Source of the DNA: the human T2T-CHM13v2.0 reference genome, Homo sapiens
Assembly: GCF_009914755.1 (NCBI RefSeq)
Contig: NC_060933.1
DNA: 64,000 nt
Strand: one strand, 5' to 3'
Below, piece after piece: positions 19,471 through 35,200 of the stretch. How positions within the stretch are numbered: the stretch's first letter is position 1; every line of letters begins with the position of its first letter. Both the position numbers and the translations under genes were made by a program. The notes under the pieces were generated by a model. The model was not told the origin of the DNA. It ran no database searches and was given only the letters and a program-made list of their open reading frames with translations.

Positions 19471-20624
19471 GTTGAAGACCTAGATTACCTCTCAAGTTTA
19501 CTTGCAGACACAAACCCAGTGTCTCTTCAAATATTGCTTCTTATCCATTCTACTTCCTCATCCATTTTACTTTCTTCTTCTGGAATTTGTCTAAATTATA
19601 TGTACGTTGGAACTTCTCCTTCCATCTCCGTCTTCATTAGTTTCATCTCTGCATCGTCAAGGATGTCATTAGAACTATTTTCCAGTTCACCGATTCTTTC
19701 TTGTCTAATCGAAGGTTAAACCCATACATTATGATGTAAATATCTGTGGTACAAAAGGGCTGCTTGACCCTGAGAGCTCACTGTGATAAACAGCGAGACA
19801 CCAAGGGCCATTTTCCTTCTCTCAGAGAGGCTGCTCCAAAATCCAGCTTCCCCCAGGACCAAGAACTTCCTTCTGTTAGCAAAGGGAGCTACAAGTTCCC
19901 CTGCACTCCAAGGTCCTAGGGGGCTGGGCAGCAGGCATTCTCTGAAAGCTCCCAGAAGCCACTGGAACCCAAGTCGTTTCCTGTTTCCTCCACCTGACAA
20001 GCCATTTTCTCATGTTTGCACTATAAGAAGGTAGTCATGGGGTGGAGGCGACAGTGTCTTTCTCTGGAATGCAAACCCACTGTGTGTCTAACAGTGGCAT
20101 TGGCCTTCCTGCACGCCTTGTAAATGTCCCCCCAACTGCACCTCTTCCTTGGGCCACACCATGCGATGTGGCATCCATTCCAAATCCAATTTCCTGCCAG
20201 TTCCAACCCAGATTTTGCAGCACTAGAAGTTCTGCTTGATCTTTTCCCAACCGACTTGGTTGTTTTCAGACTTTCTTGCTCTTTACACGTATTTCCAATC
20301 CTTTCTATTCTGCATCACACACAACTATTTTGTATTCTGCTTCTGTGGATCTGATTCTGCACCCCGTGGTTTTTGCTGCCTCTGTGCGATGCATCTTGTT
20401 TCCTTGGATGATCTATGCTTTTTGACAGTTAATGTGTATTTCTTAGAACATTACCTCTGGGGATTATTTGAGGCTGAAAGTGGATTTGCATTTCCTTTTT
20501 CCAGGCACCCAGGAGAGCCAAAAATCCCCGTATTCTACTTTAAACTCTTAGCTCCAGGTTTTTCGAACCAAAGGAAGTGTAATTTCAGGCTGGAACCTTC
20601 TTAGGTGTCAAATCAGAGTTGCAC

Positions 20625-21075
20625 ATCATATTACTGGTGCAGTACAAAGTACCACACACTCCATGGCTGGAACAACAATTTGTTGTCTCATAGTTCTGGA
20701 GGCCCAAAGTCCAAGATATGAGTGTCGGCAGGGTTGGTTCCTTCTGGAGGCTCTAGGGGAGAATCTGTTCCATGCCTCTCCCTTAGTGCCGGGTGGTTGC
20801 TGGCAATCTTTGATGTTCCTTAGCTTGTAGATATGTCATCCCAATCTCTGTCTCCATCTTCACACAGTGTTCTCTCTGTGTGCAGGTCTCTCTCTGTGTC
20901 CAAGTTCCCCCTTTCTACAAGGACCCCGGTAAGACTGGATTAGGGTCCGCCCTAATGACCTCATCTTAAATTGATTACATCTGTAAAGACCCTATTTCCA
21001 AATACGATCACATTTACAGGTATTGAGAGTTAAGAGTTTCAAGATGGGGGGTGGGGCACAATGCAATCTGTAACA
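20625..21075 (-). mobile_element. MLT1 (B/C-like) MaLR LTR
   Basis: tctcatagttctggaggc...aagtccaagat...gggttggttccttctggaggctctaggggagaatctgttccatgcctctc...gaccctatttccaaat. Confidence 0.85.
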
Positions 21076-21113
21076 CGTGCTCTCAGGTTAGTTCTCTTTC
21101 CACCCACTGTCAA

Positions 21114-21594
21114 TAAGGAGACCACTACTACTTCTGCTGCCCTCCTCCCCCAACTTTGCCTAGTTCACAAGACAGGAGGAAAGAGAGAAAGCAAAAAATT
21201 AGAAATAAACAGAAGTAAGATAAATAGCCAGACAACCTTGGCACCACCACCCGGCCCTAGGAGTTAAAAAAAAGTAATAATAATAATATCAACCCCTAAC
21301 CTAAACTACTTGTGTTATCTGTAAATTCCAGACATTGTATGAAAAAGCATTGCAAAACTTTGTTCTGTTCGCTGATGCATGCAGGCCCCAGTCACGTTTC
21401 CCATGCTTGTTCGATTTATCACGACCTTTTCACGTGGACCCCTTAGAGCTATAAGCCTTTAAAAAGGCCAAGAATTTCTTTTTCAGGGAGCTCGGCTCTT
21501 AAGATGCAAGTCTGCTGATGCTCCCGGCTGAATAAACCTCTTCCTTCTTTAATTCGGTGTCTGAGGAGTTTTGTCTGCGGCTCGTCCTGCTACA
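21114..21594 (+). mobile_element. Intact solo LTR of the HERV-E group (LTR2B-like), 481 bp
   Basis: Starts TAAGGAGACCACTACTAC, ends GGCTCGTCCTGCTACA; AATAAA at 21531; 4-bp TSD TCAA (21110-21113 and 21595-21598), typical of ERV1. Confidence 0.85.
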
Positions 21595-22008
21595 TCAAGG
21601 TACAAGAAAGAGAATTTCCTGTGCTACATCAAGGTACAAGAAAGATAATTTCCTTTGCAATCCCTTGGTGGTGGTGGTGGCAGCAGTGTGTGTATGGAGG
21701 TGGGTATTTCTACTCTTCCTGATGTTGGGGGTGAGGCCTGTTGGGGTCCCGGCTTTAAAGAGGGGCTTGCCTTGGGTGGGCCCTGGGTTTTGTCTCGCTC
21801 GCACGCCCAGCCAGGTGATAAAGATTGGCCCTTAAGCTCACCCAGTTGGGCAAACACCCATAAGGAGGAAGCCAGCACCCCCGTCTGGATTCCTGCCTTT
21901 ACTTCGGCATGTGTTTTTCTTTATCACCAGCTCATTGATGGAATTACAAATATGTTCCCAGTGTTTTTGTTGTCTTATCAGAAGGGTTGATCAGGATATG
22001 TAACCTAC

Positions 22009-22510
22009 TGCAAAAGACAGAATAATGGCCCCCCCCCGAAAGATATCCATGTTCCAGACTACGTCATAGTCTGGAACCTGTCAGTCAATGTGTTACCTTT
22101 CACTGCAAAAGAGACTTTGCAGATGTGATCCAGGGAGATTGTCCTGGATCATCTGAGTGAATCTAATCAATATGAGTCCTGAAAAGTGGAGACCCCTTCC
22201 CAGCTGTAACCCGAGGGAGACAGCTGTGACTTTGGAAGAGGGGCCAGAGAGATGCCACTATGCTGGCTTTGAAGATGGAGCATGGCGCCATGATTCAACA
22301 GATGCAGCAGCTTCTAGAAGCCGGAAAAGGGAAGGCAATGGTTTCCCCCTGGGGCCTCCAGGAAGGAACGTAACTCTGCTGACACCTCCATTTCAGCCCA
22401 GCGAGACCTAGGCTGGGCTTCTATGACCTACAGAACCATGAGATAATAAATGTGTTGTGTTAAGCCCCCACGTGTGTAATTTGTGACACAGCGATAGAAA
22501 AATGAATGCA
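22009..22510 (+). mobile_element. MLT1D-like MaLR LTR
   Basis: cagaataatggccccc...gactttgcagatgtgat...tgctggctttgaagatggag...agataataaatgtgttgtgttaagcc. Confidence 0.8.
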
Positions 22511-22869
22511 CACACTGCTGGAGGCAGAAGGCAAGCCTCTGGAGACAACACGCATTGCTCCTTCCCTGGCCGGAAACTGTATTACTATTTTTTTATCTTC
22601 CTCACCCTTCCTTTCTCTCATCTTCATCCAACTTTAATTCATTATCTTTCTTGGTGTTTGTATTTGTGCCGTGAAGTCTACTTATGCCTCCATCACTCGA
22701 TTTTCCAGGTAAAAGTCAAGAAATATCATTGAAGCCCGACAAACGGAGGAAACCAGTGCCTCTGTCCTCCCCAACCCGCTCCTCTTTCCCTTCCCCACTG
22801 TCTTTATCTCTTTTTGTCTTGTTTTCCTCTAATTTAGTCTTGAGGCCTCTCTCTGGAGAGGTCATATCC

Positions 22870-25364
<2,495 letters not shown>

Positions 25365-25883
25365 TTACATTCGTGATTGCCTTCTGCAGGGCTTACCACA
25401 GCTGCCTAGCAGCAGCACCTCTCCCACCGCGTTGAAGACTTGTTTCTGTGCTTTCTCCAATTTCTTTCTTTCAAATCTGGTATTGAAGACATGGAATGCT
25501 CAGATACACAGACGAGGCTGCACAGGCCCATTCAAGAACCAGAGCGTCCAGAAGCAATTCACATGCTGTAAACCGGCTTTTCCTTTCTTCCCTTTGACTT
25601 TTTTCTCCTTTTCTATTTGAAGTCTTTTATTTTCACGAGAGTCTTGCAGGGTAGAAGTAATCTAAATACCTATGTGTCCGGAAAACATAATCTTTTTTTT
25701 TATAAAAATAAATATTCTGCACAATTTATAAAAGGCTAATTTCTGAAATTTTAAAATCTTCAGGTTATACTTCTTAAGCTATTCCGAGCTGTCTGTTTTC
25801 GAGGTTTTGGAGTACTGCTATGATGTTTCGGAGTACTTTCGAGGTTTTGGAGCACTACTAGAAGTTTGGAAAACTACTATGAT

Positions 25884-26175
25884 GGCCGGGGGTGGTGGCT
25901 CACGCCTGTAATCCCAGCACTTTTGGAGGCCGAGGCGGTCGGATCATGAGGTTAGGAGTTCAAGACCAGCCTGGCCAAGATGGTGAAACCCCGTCTCTAC
26001 TAAAAATACAAAAATTAGCCAGGCGTGGTGGCGGGTGCCTGTAATCCCAGCTACTCAGGAGGCTGAGGGAAGAGAATCACTTGAACCCGGGAGGCGGAGG
26101 CTGCAGTGAACTGAGGTTGCTCCACTGCACTCCAGCCTGGGCAACAGAGCGAGACTCTGTCTCAAAGAAAAAAAA
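25884..26175 (+). mobile_element. AluSg-like SINE
   Basis: Full dimer with GGCCAAGATGG; TSD AAACTA(C/T)TATGA. Confidence 0.92.
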
Positions 26176-26424
26176 GGAAACTATTATGACATGCACTTTT
26201 CTAATCATTGTACATTTCCCAGAGTAGACAAAAATGTTTGACAAAGCCTTCACTTTTAAGGAACGCAAAAAACTTAGAAATCTCTTTTGTTTGATTAAGA
26301 CAAATAAAAAAAAGACTTGTTTCCAGAGATTCCGGTTCCACACTCTGCCCCAGTCCTTGGGGCAGCTTTCCAGTCATCCAGCCGGAGTTTGCCCCTGGTC
26401 ATTGTTCTAACAAGTGCTCCCTGA

Positions 26425-26746
<322 letters not shown>

Positions 26747-27629
26747 GCCCCTGAGTCTTTACATGTGGCAATGCGTTAGTTGCTGCCTGACAAATGAGCA
26801 ACTATTTGAGCATCAAACTCTTGGGTCTCTCTTGCCATGAAGACCTTGTGTGAATTGTTCATTGCCTTCTAGCATTGAGCGTTACTGGGGTAATGTCGAG
26901 TGTTACTGGAGTAATGTCTAAAGCAAACCTGATTGGTTTTTTTTCTCTTAAGAGACTTGTTCTTTCTGCTTGGATGCCCAGTGGATTACTTTTTATCTTT
27001 GAACTCCAAGGTTAACCATTCTTGGTTCATTTGGCGTGGGGTATGGTGTGCCTTTTTATTCTATTTCTGTAACCTTTAAAAAATATTTTAAAACATTTAT
27101 CCTTCTCCGTGATTTTGGCTTTGTTTTCCAGACACTCTCAACTATCCATGCGTGTCAGTCTCCTCTGCACAATGGGGATTCTCTGAGATGCTTAACTTTA
27201 TGCAGGGGGCCCAGTGCTGGCTTCTGGCCTCGGGGGATCTGCAACTGTGGCTCCCAATGCCAGGAGAGTGTTGGAACCGGTCCCAGGCCCAGAGAGGCCA
27301 AGACCCTGGAGACTGCCCCGGGGTTAGCTCCCAATATCTCCTCGGGCTTCGATTTCTCTTTTTCTGGAATGGGCCCTTCTTTCCAGCTCAGCTATGCCTT
27401 CTGCATGTTTTTTTTCAAGGATTTCTGTGTTGGCAGTGGAGGAAGAGAGGCCTCCATGTTAGCTCAGCCTGATATGCCACTAGAAACTGGCTGAGACCTT
27501 GTTGGTCTTGTTCAACATTGGATCTCAGGTAAGGAATCAATACAAATTGATTGGATAAATGAGAAAAATCAAGCACAAGCACAAAATTCGTATTTTTTGC
27601 AACACTTAATAGATAAAAGAAAACACCTA

Positions 27630-27931
27630 GGCTGGGTGCGACGGCTCACACCTATAATCTTGGTTTTTTGGGAGGCCAAGGTGGGAAAATCATTTGAGGC
27701 CAGGAGTTCAAGACCAGCCTGGGTGAAGTAGCAAGACCCCATCTCTACAAAAAATTAAAAAAAAAAATTAGCTGGGCAGGGTGGCACGTGCCTGTAGTCT
27801 CAGCTACTTGGGAGGCTAAGGCAGGAGGATTGCTTGAGTCCAGGACCGTGAGGCTGCAGTGAGCTAGGACTGGGCCACTGCACTCCAGCCTGGGTGACAG
27901 AGTGAGACCTTATCTCTTAAAAAAAAGAAAG
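27630..27931 (+). mobile_element. AluJ SINE
   Basis: Diverged dimer with GGAGGATTGCTTGAG; TSD AAAAGAAAACACC. Confidence 0.9.
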
Positions 27932-28499
27932 AAAAGAAAACACCCAAAGTGGGTCAAGTAGGGATTGTATGAGTCCCGTAGAAAACTGCAACACATTCAG
28001 GGAAAGAGGGGGAGAGGGACAAGCAGGGGGAGAGAGAAAAGGAGCAGAAAGAAAAACAATCCAGAGCTTCCTCAATTCTCCCCCCACCCCTCCCCACTCC
28101 CTGCATATCAGCTTCCCCGGCGGCGGCTTTTCCATTTGGTTTCTTCCCGGGCATCGAAAAGGCACAGAGTGGGCCCTCGCTAGGACTGTGGAGTGAGTGG
28201 AAGTGATTCTTGCTGCAAAGCCATCGTGGAGAACTTGCCGCAAATGTGACTCTGAGAAGGACTCGGAAGAGGTGACACGAGGTCCTGAGGGTAGGCCCTA
28301 ATCCAAGAGGACGGGGTCCCCATGAGAGGAGGGAGAGACCTCTGAGATGAGCATGCAGAGGCCTCAGGAGGAACCAACGCCCTCCCTTACTGCATCTCCA
28401 ACTTCCAGCCTCAGAACCGTAAGAAAGGAGATTTCAGAGTTGAGGCAGCCGGGTCTGGGGCCTGAGCCACAGCGGTCACGGCAGCCTGAGCCAACCAGG

Positions 28500-28722
28500 A
28501 CAGGGCGAGGGCAGGGGCGGAGCGAGGGGGAGGGGCGGAGCGAGGGGGAGGGGCGGAGCGAGGGGAGGGGCGGAGCGAGGGGGAGGGACGGAGCGGGGCA
28601 GGGACGGAACACCGGGAGGAATGGAGCTAGGGGAGGGACTGAGCTAGGGGAGGGTGGAGCGAGGGGAGGGATGGAGGGAGGGCAGGGACAGAGGGAGGGC
28701 AAGGACGGAGGAAGGGGAGGGA
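28500..28722. repeat. G-rich degenerate 18-mer tandem repeat (GGGCGGAGCGAGGGGGAG)
   Basis: 3-4 near-exact units at 28514-28590, then a degenerate G/A run; follows an MLT1-like remnant (~28270-28450). Confidence 0.85.
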
Positions 28723-28963
28723 TGTGCTCGCCCAGAGCCCCCATGCCTGGTAGAAGAAAACACTCAGTAAATGGGAGCTATTTTATTTTCTCTCAGAACG
28801 CAAGGCCCCATCACTTCTCCTTGATTCACCCTTCTGATCACCAGCCTGGGACACCCACTCCACGGTCAGCTGTCCAGGGGTCGCCCTGCACCCACACCTG
28901 CCTGCCACCCCCAGGGGTGGGTGCTGCCTCTGGACGGTCCTCCATGAGGGGAAGGAGAAATAA

Positions 28964-29363
<400 letters not shown>

Positions 29364-29669
29364 TATTTTTATCTTCAATATACATGTAAAGAAACAGGGG
29401 CTCAAGAGGTACCCAAGTGATGGGGCAGGAATTAGAATCCCATTTGTATGCCCGATGCCACCTGGAGAATTCCAGGGCACCGCATGGGAAACCCAGGGTG
29501 CTGTGCCAGCCGGGAGGTGGCCATGGCACCATTACCTCCGTATCTCTCAGACCCTGCTGAGGTTGGGCCACCCTGAGATCCAAGCACCCCAGTCAGACAG
29601 ACCCTGCTGGACTTAGGCGGAAGAATCCAGCCATTCCCTCCTCCCCTGGTACGAAAGGCTGACCACTCC

Positions 29670-31837
29670 TGCAGAAAAGAACTCAGGTTTATTTGCAAGT
29701 AAAAACCATGGTCTGAAAAAAACCCATTGGCAAATGTACAGTTTGTGTCCATTTGGGGTTCCCGCCAGCTGGGGGGGCCCCCAGATCCCTGACCCACATG
29801 CATCGGGCTCCCACATGTTCACAGCTAATCTCAGGCCCCTGCAGTTTAGCCCCCTGCAGGGGACACCCCGTCTCCTGCTGAAAACCATCGGACTCCCAGG
29901 CTGCACCCAGCCCTCCAACCCTCCTGCCTTAGTGCAGTGCAAAAACCAAACCAAACACAAATCTCAAAACAAAGAAACACAAAACAAAAAAATTCACAAA
30001 AACCAGGGTTCTAAATTATTTTTTCTCAGTGTCCTTCGTGATCATGATGACTTATTTGTCAACAAACTAAAATATACATCATTTTCTTGCTATTATAAAA
30101 TCTCTTATTATTCACAGATATATAACGGGAGATTTGGATGAAATAATTACAAACTTTTTTCCCCTTAAAAAACAAACAAGCCAAACAAAACACAAACAAA
30201 ACAAAAACCCCAAAACCAAAACACAAGACCTTTCTGACGACAGTAAACACAGGGGCTGCTGGCTTCCTCCCCGCCATCCTCCGCGCCTGCTGGGCCGCAG
30301 GTCGCAAAGTGCTGGGTGTACCCCGACACGGAGGCCCCAGGGTGCTCTCTCCAAGGCTGACTCTTCGCTTCCCCTGCCCTGCCTCCACCTCCCCTCATTT
30401 CCCAAGCCTTTGTCGAGGGCCCCTCTCTCCCCCTGCCGCTCCCCATCCCCATGACTCCTCCCGCCTCTTCCCTACACCCCAGAGGCATACAGCCCAGAGG
30501 CCACAAGGCCAACCTCAGAAGGAGCCCCTAGGTCCCCAGCGCCACCCACAGCAGGGACCAGCTTCCCCCACACCCAGCCTGGGCCGGGCACCTCCCACAG
30601 GCTGTGCAGCTGGCCAGAGGGAGAAGGGGCTACAAGAAGCCCAGGTCTCAACAGAGGCTTTGGCAAGGAGCTGGGAGGGAGACACTGTTACCAGGTCTCA
30701 TGCAACATCAGGGTAGAGAAACCAGGGTCTGGCTAACCCAGCCAGAAGTCGAAGGCCAGGAGTTGTGGCTGGGGGAGGTAATGGGGTAGAGCCACCCCCA
30801 AGAGCACTTATTTTGAGTCGCCCGAGGCCCAGTTTGTAGGCTGCAGGGGCCCTTGGAAGGAAGCCCTGCCAGGGGCTGGAACCAACCTCTCGTGCCAAGG
30901 CTGGGCAGACCCTCAGGGACCACCCTTCAGGAGAGCAGAGGGGCCTCCTGGAGAGGGACCTGGCAGGGATCTAGAGAGGGGAAATCCCTGTTTTCTTCCC
31001 TGCCCATTTCAGGGTTTTTACAAAAGATGTACTGATCTGGCAGCGCGGCCAGGCAGACACCTTCCCAGGACTCCAGAAAGGGCCTCTCAGAGAGAGGGCA
31101 GGAAACGGTACCGCTGACCGGGCAGCAGGGTTGGAATTTCATCATTCCAAAGGCCCCTCCCAAGAGAGGGGCCTGCCGTGTGGGGTCCGGGTGTGCCCCT
31201 GGCAAGGAGGGGAGTGGGGGAGTCAGGGAAGTCTTGGGAGCCAGAGTGGCTGCAGAGGGCGACCACAGTGCTCTCTCCTCCCGCGCCCTAGCACAGTGGG
31301 GCAAGTGGGCCCACAGTGAACAGCCTGGCTCTGGTCCCGTCTGCCTCCCGAGGTCTGACACCTCCCCCTGGGAGCAGCAGGAAAAGACAGGCAAGGCTGA
31401 GTCCAGGGGCTGAGCAGAGGGTGCGGGGGCAGGTCCCCTCCGATGTCCCTAGCCCTTCCTGGGACAGCATCTGCTGTTCAAACCTAGGCTCCTGAAGGCC
31501 ATCTCAGTTGGACAGGGGCAGGCGATGGGCCTCTGGCCTCAGCCACTACCCAGAGCCTGGCTCGCAGCGCTGTCGGTGCCCCCTCCTCTGCGCTCTGGGT
31601 GGGGCTAGCCCAGGTTTCCTCTATGTACAATAGCATACCCAGTGATGGGTCGCCGAGGGCAGGCTGACAGTGAAACGGTTCGAGTTTAGGATTCTCAACA
31701 CCCTCCCTATCCCTGTGGGCAGTGGAAGACTGGGAGGTTGGTATTTCCCCTCTGAGTCACAGAGGAGCTAGAGACAGACTTCAGGGCTGGAGTGACTCTC
31801 CCAAGAAAATCTGCGAGTCTTGTCCACGTTCCTGCCG
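29670..31837 (-). other. VAV2: VAV2 3'UTR (~2.17 kb)
   Basis: Between the TGA and the poly(A) signal; no interspersed repeat recognised; U/GU-rich block 29940-30230. Confidence 0.8.
29688..29693 (-). terminator. VAV2: VAV2 polyadenylation signal AATAAA (cleavage expected ~29670)
   Basis: Minus strand TTTTTACTTGCAAATAAACCTGAGTTCTTTTCTGCA; UGUA ~45 nt upstream; U-rich UTR upstream. Confidence 0.75.
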
Positions 31838-31885
31838 TCACTGGATGCCCTCCTCTTCTACGTACGTTGAAGGAAACCAGCCAAT
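31838..31885 (-). CDS. VAV2: VAV2 exon 30 coding part: IGWFPSTYVEEEGIQ* (end of C-terminal SH3)
   Basis: Acceptor ctttttcag|ATT; TGA at 31838-31840; not in the ORF track (short). Confidence 0.97.
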   Translation of the reverse strand: MGWFPSTYVEEEGIQ

Positions 31886-32129
31886 CTGAAAAAGATGGTA
31901 AGATCGTGTCTGTGTGTGTGTGTGTGTGTGTAAGCAGGTGTGTGCATGTCTATGTTGGGGTGAGGGCAAGTAGAGGCTCATGAAGATGGGGGGCCCTTCG
32001 GAAGTCCAGAGTTCTCAGAAGGACCTGGTGGAACCATTGCCTGGGAGTAAGAGCAACCCAGAAAAACACCACCCTTGGCCAGTTTAAGATGATCTGCCCA
32101 CCCTCCAGCTGCCAGTCAGAAAAAAAATA

Positions 32130-34531
32130 AACCCTCCTGAGGAAAAGAACATCACCCAGAACAACTACAGCTTTTTCTTAATACACAAGCTTGGCATTCA
32201 GTCAGGACCAAATGACAAAAACCAATAGAAAAAGCAGACAGTAGAAATCAACCCACAGGTATTGAGGTCATCTGTCAGGGGAGATTAATAACTCTAATTC
32301 ATACGTTTAAGAAAACGGATGAAAAGGCAGACAATTTTACCAGAGAACCTAAATCGGAAATCAAATAGAAATCCTAGAACTGAAACATACGATGAATGAA
32401 ATGAAGAATCCAATAGAGGGATTTAGACAAAGCAGAAGAGAAGACAAACTGTAAGACAGGTCACCAGAAAGTGACTAGATAGAAAACCAGAGAGAAAAAA
32501 GGATGAAAAACACATAAAATTGTGGAAATAATATGAGGCCATGGTAAAAAGTTCTAACATCCTTGTGAATGAAGTCCTACAAGGAGAAAAGAGAGAAAAT
32601 GGAACAGACACACAGTCTGCAGATACTATGCTGGCTGAGAAATTTCCAAAAGTGATGGACATCAAGCCACAGGTTCAAAAAAATCTCTGCAAATCCTAAG
32701 CAGAATAAATAAAAAGAAAATCACACCTAGGCAGATTATAGTAAAATGAACTCAAAACTTCAAATGAACTTCAAAATGAACTCAAAACAACTCCTCACAA
32801 AAAGGAACTAGGTCTCCTTGGAAAAATGACTGATTCCTGGGGGACGATGAATAAGTACAGGAGAAAAGAAAGTTTTCCTTACAGTAGAATGCCAACTAAT
32901 ATCTATAGATAGTCAAAAAATCACTATTTTTCAGCCATAATAGAAATAATAGAATAGATAAAATTCATCAAGGGAAGATAAAACTAGTACATGAAAGTTT
33001 GAAGAGAAACAGGATATTTACCTAACCTCAAAGTATTACCCTGCAAATTACCTGCTAATTACAGTCAACAGTAACTTCACAGTAGAACATAGCAAATATA
33101 ATCTTAAACACATGATCAAAGTTAATGTCACAAATAATGAGACAAACTGGCATAATTCATGTCCTAACAGGACACTACGGCACTGAGAAAGTGCCAACGT
33201 CCCCATTGTGGTGTTCCCAATGGAACCTCAATCTAATCATGAAGAAACATCAGACAAACCTAAATTGAGAGATATCCTATAAAAATAGCTGGCTCAAACT
33301 CTTCAAAAGTGTAAAAGTCATGTAAGGCAGAGAAAGACTGAGGAATATTCCAGATTAAAGAGAGTTAAGGATCACAGCAAGTCAATGCAATTCATGATCC
33401 TGGACTGGATCCAGGACCAGGAGAGAAGAGCTAGAGAAGACATGATTGGGATGACTGGTAAGATTTGAATATGGACAGTGGATTAGATAATTGTATTATA
33501 TCAAAGGGGAATGTCCTTGGTCTTAGGAAATACTTAGGGGTAAAGAAATATGATTTCTGCAATTTACTCTCAAGTGAGTTAGAGAGAAATAGACAAACAC
33601 ACACACACACAGTGCAAATGATAAAGCAAATGGGGCAAAACATTCACAATTGGTAAATCTGGGCAGGTTACTGACACTTTTAAGTTGAAATTTTGAAATT
33701 GTACGTTTGAAATTTTGTTTCAAAATTATGTTACAAACATTTTACAATGTGAATATTTAAAAAGAAAGTGAAATAAGGATGGTTTTAGATTCAAAAGAAA
33801 CTGAGAATTCATTAATAGCAGATATGCTTTAAAAAATATGAAAGAGAAGGGATGTCAGGCAGCAGGAAATGGTGTTGGGTGGAAATACAATAATGCAGGA
33901 GGAAATGGGGAGCCCTGGGAAAGGTAAACACGGGGTAAATCTAAATAAGCACAACAGCCTAAAACAAAAACAATGTCAAATGGTATTTCTAGTTCTAGAT
34001 CCCTGAGGAATTCCCACACTGTCTTCCACAATGGTTGAACTAGTTTACAGTCCCATCAACAGTGTAAAAGTGTTCCTCTTTCTCCACATCCTCTCCAATG
34101 TATGTTTATTGCAGCACTACTCACAACAGCAAAGACTTGGAACGAACCCAAATGTCCAACAATGATAGAATGGATTAAGAAAATGTGGCACATATACACC
34201 ACGGAATACTATGCAGCCATAAAAAATGATGAGTTCATGTCCTTTGTAGGGACATGGATGAAGCTGGAAACCATCATTCTCAGCAAACTATCACAAGGAC
34301 AAAAAACCAAACACCGCATGTTCTCTCTCATAGGTGGGAACTGAACAATGAGAACACTTGGACACAGGAAGGGGAACATCACACTGGAGGGGGAGGGGGA
34401 GGGATAGCATTAGGAGACATACCTAATGTAAATTAGGTTAGTTAATGGGTGCAGCACACCAACATGGCACATGTATACATATGTAACAAACCTGCACATT
34501 GTGCACATGTACCCTAGAACTTAAAGTATAA

Positions 34532-34570
<39 letters not shown>

Positions 34571-35200
34571 AAAAACAAAAAAACAAAAACAATGTCTTCT
34601 AAGGTTTGAATATATATAGAATTAAGATACATGAGAACGCTTGCACAAAAGTTGGGAGGAAAATGGATGCAATCAAAAGTCGCAAGGTCCTTCCTTGCAT
34701 TGTCTGGGAAATAGTAAAAAAGTACTCATTTAAGGTAACCTCTAGTCTAAGGTTACCACTTAAGAAAAAAAGTGTGTAACTAACAAACCAATGTAGGGCA
34801 GGGGAAGTAGAATTAAAAATATATTGATTAATTCAAAAGTAGGCAGGAAAGAAGAAAAAAGGAGTAGATGTGACAACTAGAAAATAAAGTTAGATAATTT
34901 AAACCCAAACAGCTCAGTAATTACATTAAATGTAAATGGGCTATATATGCCTATTAAAAGCCAAAGACTGTCAGACCAGACTGGCTTCCCCAACTATTTA
35001 TAAGAAATCCATTTTAAATATAAGGAAATAGAAAAGTTTAAGTAGTATGAGAGAAAATAATATGCCACACAAAGCAGTAATCCCAAGAAAGCTGGTGTCA
35101 CAAAAGCAGATCAAGGAGACTACAGCAAGAATAAATGCCAGAGAAAAGAAAAGACGTTTCATAATGGTAACAGGGTCAAATTGACAGGAATTATCCAGTA
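32130..35200 (+). mobile_element. AT-rich block of old L1 fragments (L1M ORF1/ORF2 and L1MC-like 3' end) in VAV2 intron 29, antisense to VAV2
   Basis: A-rich L1 text (aaatcaaatagaaatcctagaactgaaa..., cagtaattacattaaatgtaaatgggcta...). Confidence 0.75.
33978..34579 (+). mobile_element. L1PA 3' fragment with 5' inversion (twin priming)
   Basis: Inverted piece 33978-34097, sense piece 34098-34579 (ORF2 C-terminus MFIAALLTTAKTWNEPKCP... + 3'UTR); 17-bp TSD AAAACAAAAACAATGTC at 33961-33977 and 34580-34596. Confidence 0.93.

Noticed and set aside
30050-30115. AATAAG hexamers as proximal VAV2 poly(A) signals
   Set aside because: Weak variant hexamers in AU-rich sequence; cannot be supported without 3'-end data.
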